Assembly (NCBI GenBank): GCA_965205485.1
Contig: OZ242180.1
Span: 3,136,001 to 3,200,000 of the forward strand
DNA: 64,000 bases
DNA from: Candidatus Latescibacterota bacterium
Lineage (GTDB): Bacteria > Latescibacterota > UBA2968 > GCA-2709665
Reading direction: 5' to 3'
Shown here: positions 17,024-26,679 of the stretch, in pieces
How positions within the stretch are numbered: position 1 is the first letter of the stretch
Layout: every line of letters starts with the position of its first letter
Position numbers and translations under genes: made by a program
Notes under the pieces: generated by a model
Seen by the model: only the letters and a program-made list of their open reading frames with translations
Database searches by the model: none
Told to the model about the DNA's origin: nothing

Positions 17024-19993
17024 TTGGGGCGAGGCGGACAACTGTTGACGCCGGAACAGGTGAGAAACGCCCGGCATAACGCGACGCGATTCGATTGGGC
17101 GGCCGACCGGCGGGATGTCGCCGTCGAGAAGGCGAAGAGATGGGTGCGCCTTGACGACGATGCGCTCTGGGCGCTGGTTACGGGTCAGACGATCGGGCGC
17201 AGCACGAATGCGAGTATTGAAAAGGGGTGCCCGCAATGCGGCCAGGGAATCTACCGGCACGGCGGACGCTTCGAAGTCGATGTGCTGGCGGACCCGTGGA
17301 AGATCAGATGTCCTTCGTGCAACGGACGATTTCCGACAAATGACTTCGAGGCATTTTACCGGAGCGGGATCGCCGAAGACGGTCTGTTCGATCCCGAACG
17401 CGCGGACCGATCGTTGCTCTACAATACCGACCATCCGGATCCGGCCGATCCCAGTCACCTGTTCGCGGTGGACGACGGGATGGGTTGGACCGACGAGGAG
17501 GGAGAATCGTTCAAACTTGTCGGGGTCTATGGTCACTATGGAATCTGGTCGGAGCTCAGTTCCGCGTGCAGCGCGTTCCGTGAAGCGTTTCTGCTGACAG
17601 GAGACCGCGTCTACGCCCACAAGGCGGGGGTGCTGCTCGCCCGCATCGCTGACGTCTATCCCGAAATGGACTGGTCGTTCTGGGCGCGGCAGGGATTTTT
17701 CAATTCCGACGGACTCAGCGGCAGGGGTCGGATCTACGGCCGGATCTGGGAGCCCGGCCTCCTGAAGGCGTTTGCCGAATGCTTCGATCTGGTCCGCACG
17801 GCCTGGAACGACGACGACGAGCTGTTTCGGTTTCTCCGGGCAAAGCAGCGGCGGCACGGCCTGGTCGAGCAGGGAGCCACGGACGCGTTGAGCCGGCATA
17901 TCGAACGCCACGTTTTGAAGGAAGGGATCGATGCCATCCTCTCGGGCGATATTCACCACAACGAGCCCGGGGACCAGGCCACCATGGCCATGCTGGCGAT
18001 CGCGCTCGACGACGATCGGACGGATGACCGGCTGGATTGGATTTTTAAAGAGGGTTACCTCATCGGCCGCCGGCCGACCGGTGGACACATTCCCCTGCTC
18101 TTCGCCCGCGAGATCGATCGGGACGGCGTGGGATCGGAGGGTGCGCCGGGATACAGCCTGGGTTGGCTGAGGTGGCCCTTCGGAATGCGGTCGCTCGAGA
18201 TGATCCTCGGGTCGCGACCGTCATATACGCGCCTCGGGATCCGCGACTTCGCCAGATACCGCCAGATGTACCTGGCTTTCATGCGCGTGACGGCGCTGAA
18301 CCGATTTGTCCCTTCCATCGGAGACAGCGGGAGCACCGGAAGCCCCGGACTCGGCGGACAGGACCTGGAGCAATGTCTGTACGGATTCGAACTGTTCGGA
18401 GACGACGAGCTGGCGCAGGCCGTGGATCATCTGGCAGGCGGTGATCTGTCCAGGGTGCATGGCGCAATCACGGATCCGGACCCGGAGGCGATACGGGTCC
18501 GGGTGGCGGAAACGGTCCGCAGGCGCGGTCCGCTCCGGCTGACATCGGACGTGATGACGGGATACGGTCTGGCGATGCTCCGCGACGGAGAAGGTGAATC
18601 CGAAAGGACGATGTGGCTGTATTACGGTCGCAATGGGGGCCACGGACACGCGGACCGGCTCAATCTGGGACTCTACGGCTTCGGACTGGATCTGTTGCCG
18701 GACCTGGGCTATCCCGAGCACGCCCGGGTGTGGCCCAAGCGGTCGGGCTGGACCAACCATACGGTTTCGCACAATACGGTCCTGGTGGATCGAAGTCCCC
18801 AGAGACGCACCTATTCAGGCAAGGTCGGTTTCGCGGTATTCGCCGAAAACGTGAAGGCGGTCTCCGTGTCGTCCCCCGATGTCTATCCGCAGTGTCGCAC
18901 CTACGGTCGATGCAGCGTCCTGGTCCGGGTGTCGGAAAGGGACTTCTACGTCGTCGATCTGTTCCGCGTGTCCGGCGGCCGTTCACACCATTTTATGTTC
19001 CACGCGGCCGAGGGCGAAATTGAGACTTCGGGGATGCGGCTGCAGCGGCAGGCTCGAGGGACCTACGCTGGCGAGGACGTCGGTTTCGGCGAGTTCTACG
19101 ATGGATCCGTTGTGGATTTAAACGGTTACAGGGGAAGCGGTTTCCAATATCTGTACGACGTCAGGCGCTGCCCTTCGCCCGAGCGCGTCGTATCGGTGGA
19201 CTGGAGGGTAAGGGACACCTGGAAGGTCAGAGCGGAGTCCCGCGCTGAAGGGGTACCGCTGATGACCGACGTACACCTGAGTTGGCGTCTTTTCAGTCCG
19301 CCAGGAGAAGTGGCGCTGTGCCACGGCGACCCGCCCCAGAACAAGCCGGGGAATCCGCGAAGATTGACCTATGCGGTCGCCTCGCACGAAGGTGGCGACC
19401 GGCTCGAATCCTCGTTCCTGAGTCTGATCGAAGCCTACGACGGCGTTCGCGTGGTCAGGTCCGCGGAGGAAGTCGAGGTATCCGGCGCCGCCAGGGCGCT
19501 GAAAGTCCATCTGCCGGGCGACCGGGTGGATACGTTGATTTTCGGCGACGGCGATTCTCTGGTCGAGGTGGACGGACGAATCAGGTTCGACGGGAGTCTG
19601 GGCGTATATTCGGAGGTGAACGGATCGGCGCGTTGGGCCGTGCTGACGGGAGGCACAGTGCTTGGCACCGATGAACGGTCCATCCGGGAATCGTCGGGCG
19701 TGTGGCGGGGCAGGGTGGAAGCGTGCGAGCCGGGCCGGATCTGGACATCCGCAAGGCCGCCTGCCGAACCCCTGGAGGGTGGGTTCATTTCCGTCGAGAA
19801 CGATAACGAGCGCGATGCGACCTACCGGATTCGCGAGGTCCGCCGGGATGGAGACCGAACGCTGATCGACGTGGGCAACGTGGATTTCGTGAGGGGAATG
19901 GTGGACGACCTGGACTACTCGAAGGGATATCTGTACGATTTTGATGTGGGCCAACCGTTTCGCGTGGTACGGACGTACGAAGCCCGATGGTAA
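17024..19993 (+). CDS. Heparinase II/III family protein
   Basis: GAGGAGG RBS; DGVGSEGAPGY, PSIGDS, GYGLAMLR, GHGHADRLNL.LY, PDLGYP, SHNTVLVD, YVVDLFRVSGG..H. Confidence 0.85.
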   Translation: MGRGGQLLTPEQVRNARHNATRFDWAADRRDVAVEKAKRWVRLDDDALWALVTGQTIGRSTNASIEKGCPQCGQGIYRHGGRFEVDVLADPWKIRCPSCNGRFPTNDFEAFYRSGIAEDGLFDPERADRSLLYNTDHPDPADPSHLFAVDDGMGWTDEEGESFKLVGVYGHYGIWSELSSACSAFREAFLLTGDRVYAHKAGVLLARIADVYPEMDWSFWARQGFFNSDGLSGRGRIYGRIWEPGLLKAFAECFDLVRTAWNDDDELFRFLRAKQRRHGLVEQGATDALSRHIERHVLKEGIDAILSGDIHHNEPGDQATMAMLAIALDDDRTDDRLDWIFKEGYLIGRRPTGGHIPLLFAREIDRDGVGSEGAPGYSLGWLRWPFGMRSLEMILGSRPSYTRLGIRDFARYRQMYLAFMRVTALNRFVPSIGDSGSTGSPGLGGQDLEQCLYGFELFGDDELAQAVDHLAGGDLSRVHGAITDPDPEAIRVRVAETVRRRGPLRLTSDVMTGYGLAMLRDGEGESERTMWLYYGRNGGHGHADRLNLGLYGFGLDLLPDLGYPEHARVWPKRSGWTNHTVSHNTVLVDRSPQRRTYSGKVGFAVFAENVKAVSVSSPDVYPQCRTYGRCSVLVRVSERDFYVVDLFRVSGGRSHHFMFHAAEGEIETSGMRLQRQARGTYAGEDVGFGEFYDGSVVDLNGYRGSGFQYLYDVRRCPSPERVVSVDWRVRDTWKVRAESRAEGVPLMTDVHLSWRLFSPPGEVALCHGDPPQNKPGNPRRLTYAVASHEGGDRLESSFLSLIEAYDGVRVVRSAEEVEVSGAARALKVHLPGDRVDTLIFGDGDSLVEVDGRIRFDGSLGVYSEVNGSARWAVLTGGTVLGTDERSIRESSGVWRGRVEACEPGRIWTSARPPAEPLEGGFISVENDNERDATYRIREVRRDGDRTLIDVGNVDFVRGMVDDLDYSKGYLYDFDVGQPFRVVRTYEARW

Positions 19994-20026
19994 GTAGTTG
20001 TCGATAAATCTCAGGAGAACGACGGT

Positions 20027-20713
20027 ATGGCCGAATGGCGCGACGATGCCGGACTCTTCGAGTTGATGAGGCGTGAGCTGTTCACCGCCGTGGTCGGCGA
20101 CGTGATGGACGAGGTGGGTCTGGTCAGGCAGTTCCTGCCGCCGGAGGTTCAGCCCCTCCGTGACGATATGGTCGTGGCAGGCCGTGCAATGCCGGTCCTG
20201 GAGGCCGATTGGACCGAAAGGGACGACGGTTCCAGGGAAAACGAAGGGCCGTTCGGCCTGATGTTCGAAGCGCTCGATGATCTGGGTCCGAACGAAGTTT
20301 ACATTTGCACGGGCGCATCGCCAACCTACGCGCTCTGGGGCGAACTGTTGAGTACGCGAGCGATGAAACTGGGCGCGGCGGGCGCCGTTCTGGACGGATT
20401 CAGCCGTGACACGCGGGGCATTCTGCATCTGAACTTTCCCACGTTCTGCGCCGGCCGGTACGCTCAGGACCAGCGGGTGCGTGGTCGCGTGGTCGACTAT
20501 CGCTGTCCGATTACGATTTCGAACGGCGCCGCGGTATCGCCGGGGGATATCGTGTTCGGAGACCTGGACGGCGTGGTGATCGTCCCCGCCGCCGCCGAAA
20601 CCGACGTCATCAACCGGGCGCTGGACAAGGTCAGGGGAGAGAACCGCGTCCGCGAGGCCATCGAAGGAGGGATGTCCTCGAGTGAGGCGTTTGAACGGTT
20701 CGGTATCATGTAG
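20027..20713 (+). CDS. RraA family / HMG aldolase-like protein
   Basis: AVVGDVMD, ALWGELLS, GAVLDG.SRD, V.PGDIVFGDLDGVVIVP. Confidence 0.9.
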   Translation: MAEWRDDAGLFELMRRELFTAVVGDVMDEVGLVRQFLPPEVQPLRDDMVVAGRAMPVLEADWTERDDGSRENEGPFGLMFEALDDLGPNEVYICTGASPTYALWGELLSTRAMKLGAAGAVLDGFSRDTRGILHLNFPTFCAGRYAQDQRVRGRVVDYRCPITISNGAAVSPGDIVFGDLDGVVIVPAAAETDVINRALDKVRGENRVREAIEGGMSSSEAFERFGIM

Positions 20714-20754
20714 ATCCCAGAGCCCTGGTCAATTGGTAACAGGAGGGACGTGGC

Positions 20755-21759
20755 GTGAACGTCGTTCCCGTGGAATTCAAACGGGTGATGCCGGAGGACA
20801 TGCGAAAGTTCGTGCGCGAACTGTATCGCCGGGTGGGGAAGTCTGCGGACCGGGCGCGGCTGATGGCCGAACTCCTCGTGGATACCGATATACGCGGCGT
20901 GTTCAGCCACGGGACGCGGCAGTCGGCTCGCTACCTGCGTCTCCTGCGCGACGGAGAACTGAATCCGAACCCGGAAAGTTCCATTGCGCATCAGACCCCG
21001 GCGACGGCCACGATCGACGGGGACGGGGGGCTGGGTCATTTTGCTTCCTGGCGGGCGGCGCACCTCGCCGTGGAAAAGGCCGCGGCCGCTGGACTGGCGG
21101 CTGTGGCCACGCGCAACCATTTCCATTTCGGCGCTGCCGGCAAGTACTCCCGGGTCATTTCAGGCGCGGGCATGGCCGGCTTCGTCGTGTCGTCGCATGT
21201 CCGGCAACTGTCGCCCGATCAGGGGATCATGTCCGCAAACGGTGCGTCGCCGATGAGCTTTGCGGTTCCGTCCGGCCGGGAGCATCCGCTGGTCCTGGAT
21301 ATGTCCACGGCGCTGGCGCTTTCCGGAAACGCGGATTTCGAGACGATATTCCAGCGCATGCCAGCGACGTTTTTCAAGAGTCTCGGTCTGGGCGCCGTCT
21401 GTCACGCGCTGGGGGGTCTGCTGGCGGGGATTCAGACGTTTGACGATCAGGGAGCGTCGTGGCCGGCGGTGAACCAGGGATCCTTCATCCTTGCCGTGGA
21501 TATCGCTGCTTTTACGCCGCAGGAAGCGTTTCACCGGCAGATGGACGACTTTATTGCATCTGTACGTGGACTTAAGCCGTTTCCGGGCGAAGACCGCGCG
21601 CTGCTTCCGGGGGCCCTGGAATGGGAACGGGAGCAGAGATGGGCTTCAGAGGGCATTCCGGTCGGTTCGGATCACCAGAGGGATCTGGCAGCAATTGCGG
21701 CTGAACTCGGTGTGGAGACACCGTTTCAGGGTTGTGCCGGCCGGTCAGGTGGAACGTAG
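20755..21759 (+). CDS. Ldh_2 (malate/L-lactate/L-sulfolactate dehydrogenase) family oxidoreductase
   Basis: DIRGVFSHG, DGDGGLGH, NHFHFGAAGKY, LVLDMST, LLPGALE. Confidence 0.85.
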   Translation: MNVVPVEFKRVMPEDMRKFVRELYRRVGKSADRARLMAELLVDTDIRGVFSHGTRQSARYLRLLRDGELNPNPESSIAHQTPATATIDGDGGLGHFASWRAAHLAVEKAAAAGLAAVATRNHFHFGAAGKYSRVISGAGMAGFVVSSHVRQLSPDQGIMSANGASPMSFAVPSGREHPLVLDMSTALALSGNADFETIFQRMPATFFKSLGLGAVCHALGGLLAGIQTFDDQGASWPAVNQGSFILAVDIAAFTPQEAFHRQMDDFIASVRGLKPFPGEDRALLPGALEWEREQRWASEGIPVGSDHQRDLAAIAAELGVETPFQGCAGRSGGT

Positions 21760-21906
21760 GACCCGCGTTTCATGCAGGTGTATGGGAGCAGCGCGCGTGC
21801 CAATGCTCCCGGATCACACGGGCGAGCTGCTCCGTGCAGGGGTAAAACAGAGACGACGGCGCCGGGTCCGGGCCGGCTTTCCGCTGTCACATCGTGGAAG
21901 GAAAAT

Positions 21907-22887
21907 ATGAAAGTCAGGTTTGCACAATACGGTATGCTGCACTCTCACGCCGCTGGCAAAGCGGCGGTATTGAAAGCCAACCCGGACGTACACTTTTGTG
22001 GCGTTTTCGAGCCGGATCCGGAAGTGCGCGCTGCACGCGGCGCGATGGAGGCGTACACGGGCGTCAACCGGTACGACACCAGGGAGGAGATGCTCGACGA
22101 CGACTCGATTTCGGCGATTGCAGTGGAAGGCGCGATCGCGCAGAATCTGCGATTCGCCCGGGAAGTCCTTGAACGTGGAAAACACGTCTGGCTGGACAAG
22201 CCGGCGGGGGACGATTGGGAGGACTTTCAGGCCCTGGTCGCCCTGGCCAGGGAGAAGGGACTGCTGCTCCAGCTGGGGTACATGTTCAGATACAACGCCG
22301 GGTTTCAGTTCATCCTGGACTGCGTGAAATCCGGCAGACTCGGGGACATCTTCTCCGTTCGCGGGCGGATGTCTACGCTCGTCGGCGACGACAGGCGTGA
22401 GGGCCTGGCAGTCCACAAGGGCGGCATCCTGTTTGAGTTGTTGTGTCACTTGATGGACATCGTCGTGGCCGTGCTGGGGCGGCCGGACCGGGTGACGTCG
22501 TTCCTCAGGAACGAACGCGGAATCGTGCCCGCTTTCAGGGACAATACCGCGGCGGTCTTCGAGTATGAAAACGCGTTGGCGATCGTCGAGTCATCCTCTC
22601 TGGAAGTGTCGGCGTTTCCGTCGCGGCGGTTCGAAGTGTACGGTACGCGGGGGAGCGTCGTCATGGAGCCGCTGGAGCCGGATCCGGTTGTACGCCTCTG
22701 TCTGGACGAGGCTCGCGACGGTTTCACCAAGGGCTGGCAGGTTGTGCCCGTCGAGAACGAACCGAGGTACGTCGGGAGCCTGCGCTCGATGGTCGCTGAG
22801 ATCAAGGGACGGAGACCGACCGTCCGGTCACTCGATCATGAGTTGATCGTGCAGGAAACGGTTCTCCGCGCCGCGGGTGTATTGTAG
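21907..22887 (+). CDS. Gfo/Idh/MocA family oxidoreductase
   Basis: GKHVWLDKPAG, LGYMFRYN, G.LGDI, GGILFELLCHLMD, EVYGTRG. Confidence 0.9.
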   Translation: MKVRFAQYGMLHSHAAGKAAVLKANPDVHFCGVFEPDPEVRAARGAMEAYTGVNRYDTREEMLDDDSISAIAVEGAIAQNLRFAREVLERGKHVWLDKPAGDDWEDFQALVALAREKGLLLQLGYMFRYNAGFQFILDCVKSGRLGDIFSVRGRMSTLVGDDRREGLAVHKGGILFELLCHLMDIVVAVLGRPDRVTSFLRNERGIVPAFRDNTAAVFEYENALAIVESSSLEVSAFPSRRFEVYGTRGSVVMEPLEPDPVVRLCLDEARDGFTKGWQVVPVENEPRYVGSLRSMVAEIKGRRPTVRSLDHELIVQETVLRAAGVL

Positions 22888-22945
22888 GTCCTGATTCACG
22901 GTTGTTCAGTTGCGCGACAGGGAAAATCCGACCAAGGAGCGAGCT

Positions 22946-23362
22946 ATGGGTCTGTTGAGGCATCTCGCGCTCCGCTGCGCCGATATGGAAGCGTCCAGGC
23001 GGTTCTACGAAGAGGTGATCGGCTGGCGTTTCATCTCCCGCCGTGCTCACGGCGACGCCCTGGACATGAGCGACGGAACGAACAACATTACGTTGATCCA
23101 GCAGCCCGGGGATTCGAATCGACCGCGCCTCGAAGAGGGAAACGAGTACATCCACTTCGGCGTGGTCGTGGACGACCTGGATGCGACATGGTCTCGCGTT
23201 TTGGACTGGGGAGCGGAAGTCGTGCGGGAAAACGTGAAAGAGCGCAACCCTGTCGATCCGGACGTGCGCCCGCCGGTCTCGTTCAAGGTCCTGGACCCCG
23301 ATGGAAATATCGTAGATGTCACCTGCAACAGGAGCGAGTGGGTCGGGGCCCGCATGGATTAG
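22946..23362 (+). CDS. VOC (glyoxalase) family protein
   Basis: AAGGAG RBS; LRHLALRCADMEASRRFYEEVIG, HFGVVVDDL, DPDGNIVD. Confidence 0.9.
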   Translation: MGLLRHLALRCADMEASRRFYEEVIGWRFISRRAHGDALDMSDGTNNITLIQQPGDSNRPRLEEGNEYIHFGVVVDDLDATWSRVLDWGAEVVRENVKERNPVDPDVRPPVSFKVLDPDGNIVDVTCNRSEWVGARMD

Positions 23363-23496
23363 GATTCTGCGCTGCAAGGCCGGGTTCGGAGGATCGAAAC
23401 GGCGGATTTCGTCCCATATGTCGTGACGGACGATTCGTATTCAACCGCGATCTGTTACGACCGGACGGTCATTTGACGGAAGGAAGGAACTCGCGC

Positions 23497-24540
23497 ATGA
23501 TCCTGATTACCGGTGCGCCCGGTTGGCTGGGCACCCGTCTGGTCGATACGATCGTCAATGGCAGTACCGGTATGCCCTGGCTCACGGAACCGTATGCGGA
23601 TCGCCGCATACGGTGTTTTGTGTTGAACGGGGTGAGCCCGGAGGAGTTGCGCGGCTTTTCGCGGAGGGTAAGCGTGTTGGCGGGTGACGTGCGCGACAGA
23701 GCGTCCCTGGTGCAGTTGTTTAAGGATGCCGAAGGCGCCACGCTTTTTCACCTGATTGGTGTCATTCATCCCAGGCGGGTCAGGGACTTCTACGACGTGA
23801 ATACGGGCGGCGCACGCAACATCGTCGACTGCGCCGTGGAGCACGGCGTTGAGCGGCTGGTGATGATTTCGTCCAACAGTCCGGCGGGTCATCACACCGG
23901 AAACGGGCGCCTGTTCGACGAGAACTCGCCGAATCGGCCATATATGAGTTACGGAAAATCGAAGATGCTGGCGGAAGATCTCGTCAACGCGGCGCACGCG
24001 TCCGGAAAACTCGAAACCACGATTCTTCGACCCTGCTGGTTTTACGGTCCCGGTCAACCGCCGCGGCAGACACGATTTTTCAAGATGATTCAGAACGGGC
24101 GCGTGCCCGTTGTTGGCGGGGGCGAAAACAGACGTTCCATGACGTACATAGACAACCTCTGTCAGGCCATCCTGCTTGCCGGTCATATGGAGCAAGCGCG
24201 TGGACAGACCTACTGGATCGCGGATCGAACGCCATACACGATGAACGAAACGGTGGACACCATCGAAAGGCTCCTGGAGCATGAATTCAACCTGCCGGTC
24301 GCGCACAGGAGGTTGAGACTGCCGGGAATCGCCAGTGAATTCGCCGTGGCCTGTGACTGGATCATCCAGCGCGCCGGACTGTACTGGCAGGAGATGCACG
24401 TCCTGTCGGAAATGAACAAGACCATCGCGTGTTCCATCGAAAAGGCCGAACGGGAACTGGGCTACTGTCCTCGAATCGGCCTGGAGGAGGGCATGCGGCG
24501 GTCCATCAGGTGGTGTATCGACCGGGGATTCCTGCCGTGA
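23497..24540 (+). CDS. NAD-dependent epimerase/dehydratase (extended SDR)
   Basis: LITGAPGWLG, SSNSP, YGKSK, LRPCWFYGP. Confidence 0.9.
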   Translation: MILITGAPGWLGTRLVDTIVNGSTGMPWLTEPYADRRIRCFVLNGVSPEELRGFSRRVSVLAGDVRDRASLVQLFKDAEGATLFHLIGVIHPRRVRDFYDVNTGGARNIVDCAVEHGVERLVMISSNSPAGHHTGNGRLFDENSPNRPYMSYGKSKMLAEDLVNAAHASGKLETTILRPCWFYGPGQPPRQTRFFKMIQNGRVPVVGGGENRRSMTYIDNLCQAILLAGHMEQARGQTYWIADRTPYTMNETVDTIERLLEHEFNLPVAHRRLRLPGIASEFAVACDWIIQRAGLYWQEMHVLSEMNKTIACSIEKAERELGYCPRIGLEEGMRRSIRWCIDRGFLP

Positions 24541-25125
24541 AAGAAAGGCCCCTGGTTGTCGTTCCGGAAGGATTGGCCGGGGGCGCCCGCGGAAAGACCC
24601 TGCCCGAGCCCAGTTTCGTTTTTCGGCAGGTCCTGGACTATGTCGCGACAATCGCGACGCCGTCTACCGTCGTGTATCTGGCCCCTGCGAATCGGTTTGG
24701 CGGCAACGTCTTTGAACAGGAGGCGGCATACGCTTACCTGACCGCGAGGATCGGCCTGCCGACGGATTCACTGTCCCGTATATCCGGCGCCCGGATATGT
24801 CGATACGCTCGGTAATGCGCGTTTGCTGCGAAAGTACCTCGTCGACCGGAATCGATGGCCGCCGGGCCCCGTCGACCTGGTCTGCGCCCACACTCACTCC
24901 TACCGCGCGCATTACTGTTTCGCCAGGTCGGGCTACCGGATTGCGCGGGTCCACCGGGTGCCATTCCGGGTCTTCTCCGGCGAGCGCATTGTCAACCGCC
25001 TCTGGTACTATCGGGTCAAACCCGCGCACGTCGTCTATGAGCTATCGGCGTTGGCGCGCGATGCCATTCGCTGCGCGGTGTTCGGTCACGGAAACAGCTT
25101 TCCTGAGTCGGCTGGAGAATCGTGA
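24537..25125 (+). CDS. YdcF/DUF218-like protein, frameshifted at about 24742-24770
   Basis: GTG overlaps the upstream TGA. Frame 1 reads ...FEQEAAYAYL; the +1 frame continues YVDTLGNARLL...VDLVCAHTHSYRAHYCF...YE, matching the T.xNA and H..RA motifs of YdcF/ElyC. Confidence 0.55.
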
Positions 25126-25168
25126 GGTACTCTAGGAAAAGAACACCACGGGCAGGCAGGTCCTACAC

Positions 25169-26200
25169 ATGGCAATGCACCTGGTAACGGGCGGCTCGGG
25201 ATTCCTGGGAAGCCATATTGTGCGGCGGCTGCACGCCCTGGGCGAGGGCGTAAGGATTCTGGATGTCATCGATTCGCCGGATCGTCCTCGCGGTACGGAA
25301 TTCGTGAAGCGCGACATCAGGGACCACCGCGGCGTGCGGGAGGCGATGACGGGCGTGCAATTTGTGCATCACAACGTCGCCCTTGTGCCTCTGGCGAAGG
25401 CGGGCAGGGAATTCCGGAGCGTCAACGTGGAAGGCACGCGGATTGCCGCGCGGGCCGCGCTTGACGCAGGCGTCAGGCTGTTTATTCACACGTCTTCCTC
25501 GGCGGTTTTCGGCATCCCCGGCTCGTGTCCGATTACCAGCGCCACGCCTGCGGCGCCCGTAGAGAATTACGGTCGCGCGAAGCTTGCGTCGGAGCAGGAG
25601 GTCCAGAAAGCAGCGCGGAAGGGGTTGCCCACTCTGATTCTTCGCCCGCGGACCATCCTCGGGCCGGGCAGGCTGGGCATCTTTCAGATCCTGTTCGAAT
25701 GGATTCGCGACGGCCGGAACATCTATGTCATCGGCAACGGTGACAATCCCTTTCAGTTTATCCACGTCGACGACCTTGTATCAGCTGCGCTGCTGGGGGT
25801 AGAGAACGAAACGCGGGGCGAATTCAACGTCGGCGCCGACCGGTTTTCGACACTTCGCGAAGACCTGGGCGCAACCATCAGACACGCCGGCAGCGGGACC
25901 CGGATCGTGGGATTGCCGGCCGGACTGACCGTGTCTGTCCTGAAGCTCCTGGACGTTCTGAAAATATGTCCGCTTGCTCCCTGGCACTACCTGACCTACC
26001 ACAAACCATTCTATTTCGACCTATCGGAGCCGATGAAACAGCTTGGCTGGGAGCCCCGGTACGGCAACGCGGAGATGATGATCCAGGCGTACGACTGGTA
26101 CATCGAGCGTGGATCTCAGACACACGGCGCGGGCGCGAGGTCGATTCACCGGGACCCCGTGAAGCAGGGCGTGCTCCGACTGCTCAAATGGTTGTCATGA
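25169..26200 (+). CDS. NAD-dependent epimerase/dehydratase (3-beta-HSD-like extended SDR)
   Basis: LVTGGSGFLG, NVEGT, TSSSAVFG, YGRAK, LRPRTILGPG, QFIHVDDL. Confidence 0.9.
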   Translation: MAMHLVTGGSGFLGSHIVRRLHALGEGVRILDVIDSPDRPRGTEFVKRDIRDHRGVREAMTGVQFVHHNVALVPLAKAGREFRSVNVEGTRIAARAALDAGVRLFIHTSSSAVFGIPGSCPITSATPAAPVENYGRAKLASEQEVQKAARKGLPTLILRPRTILGPGRLGIFQILFEWIRDGRNIYVIGNGDNPFQFIHVDDLVSAALLGVENETRGEFNVGADRFSTLREDLGATIRHAGSGTRIVGLPAGLTVSVLKLLDVLKICPLAPWHYLTYHKPFYFDLSEPMKQLGWEPRYGNAEMMIQAYDWYIERGSQTHGAGARSIHRDPVKQGVLRLLKWLS

Positions 26201-26335
26201 AACCGGGAATCTCGCCTGCGTGCAGCGATTACAGAATCCGGGAACTCCGGCGGGATTCGGTCGTTATTCCAATCAGGCATTCAGGACCGGGTGGACGGGT
26301 GTATTTCGAACAACCTGGCGGCTTGCTGAACAATA

Positions 26336-26499
26336 AGAAGCTGTTTTAAAATTACCGGTGAGTTCCCGAGCGCGAGCGAAAAAGCGGCGGTCAAGGCGGG
26401 AAAATCCGCCCATATTTGTCTATACGGGTGGGTTAGACCAACGCCGACCGGCGCTTTTGCAGCCGCGCGAAGACCGCTGGGAATTTTAAGACTGCTTCT
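26336..26499. mobile_element. Non-coding MITE-like nested palindrome (164 bp)
   Basis: Ends AGAAGCTGTTTTAAAATT / AATTTTAAGACTGCTTCT are imperfect inverted repeats; inner arms CGCGAGCGAAAAAGCGGCGGTC / GACCGGCGCTTTTGCAGCCGCG also pair. Confidence 0.6.
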
Positions 26500-26503
26500 G
26501 AGG

Positions 26504-26529
26504 CCCGGCGAAAATGCCGGGTTTTTTTC
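26504..26529 (+). terminator. Intrinsic terminator
   Basis: CCCGGC-gaaaat-GCCGGG followed by a T7 run. Confidence 0.7.
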
Positions 26530-26679
26530 TGCGCCTTGACGCGAGAACATGTAATATTGAGGCAATCGTCATTAACTTATAAATATAACTTTGTTAAGGA
26601 TATTTTATTTATAATGAATATTTATAAATCGGGAATCATCCAATTCTTCTCGTGCAGATCCCGCACAGGAGGTGTCCCG

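Noticed and set aside
26536..26679. N-terminal extension of the TBDR in the ORF track (likewise at 46100, 52018, 53586, 57301)
   Set aside because: Extensions cross AT-rich or REP DNA; RBS and signal-peptide positions support later starts.
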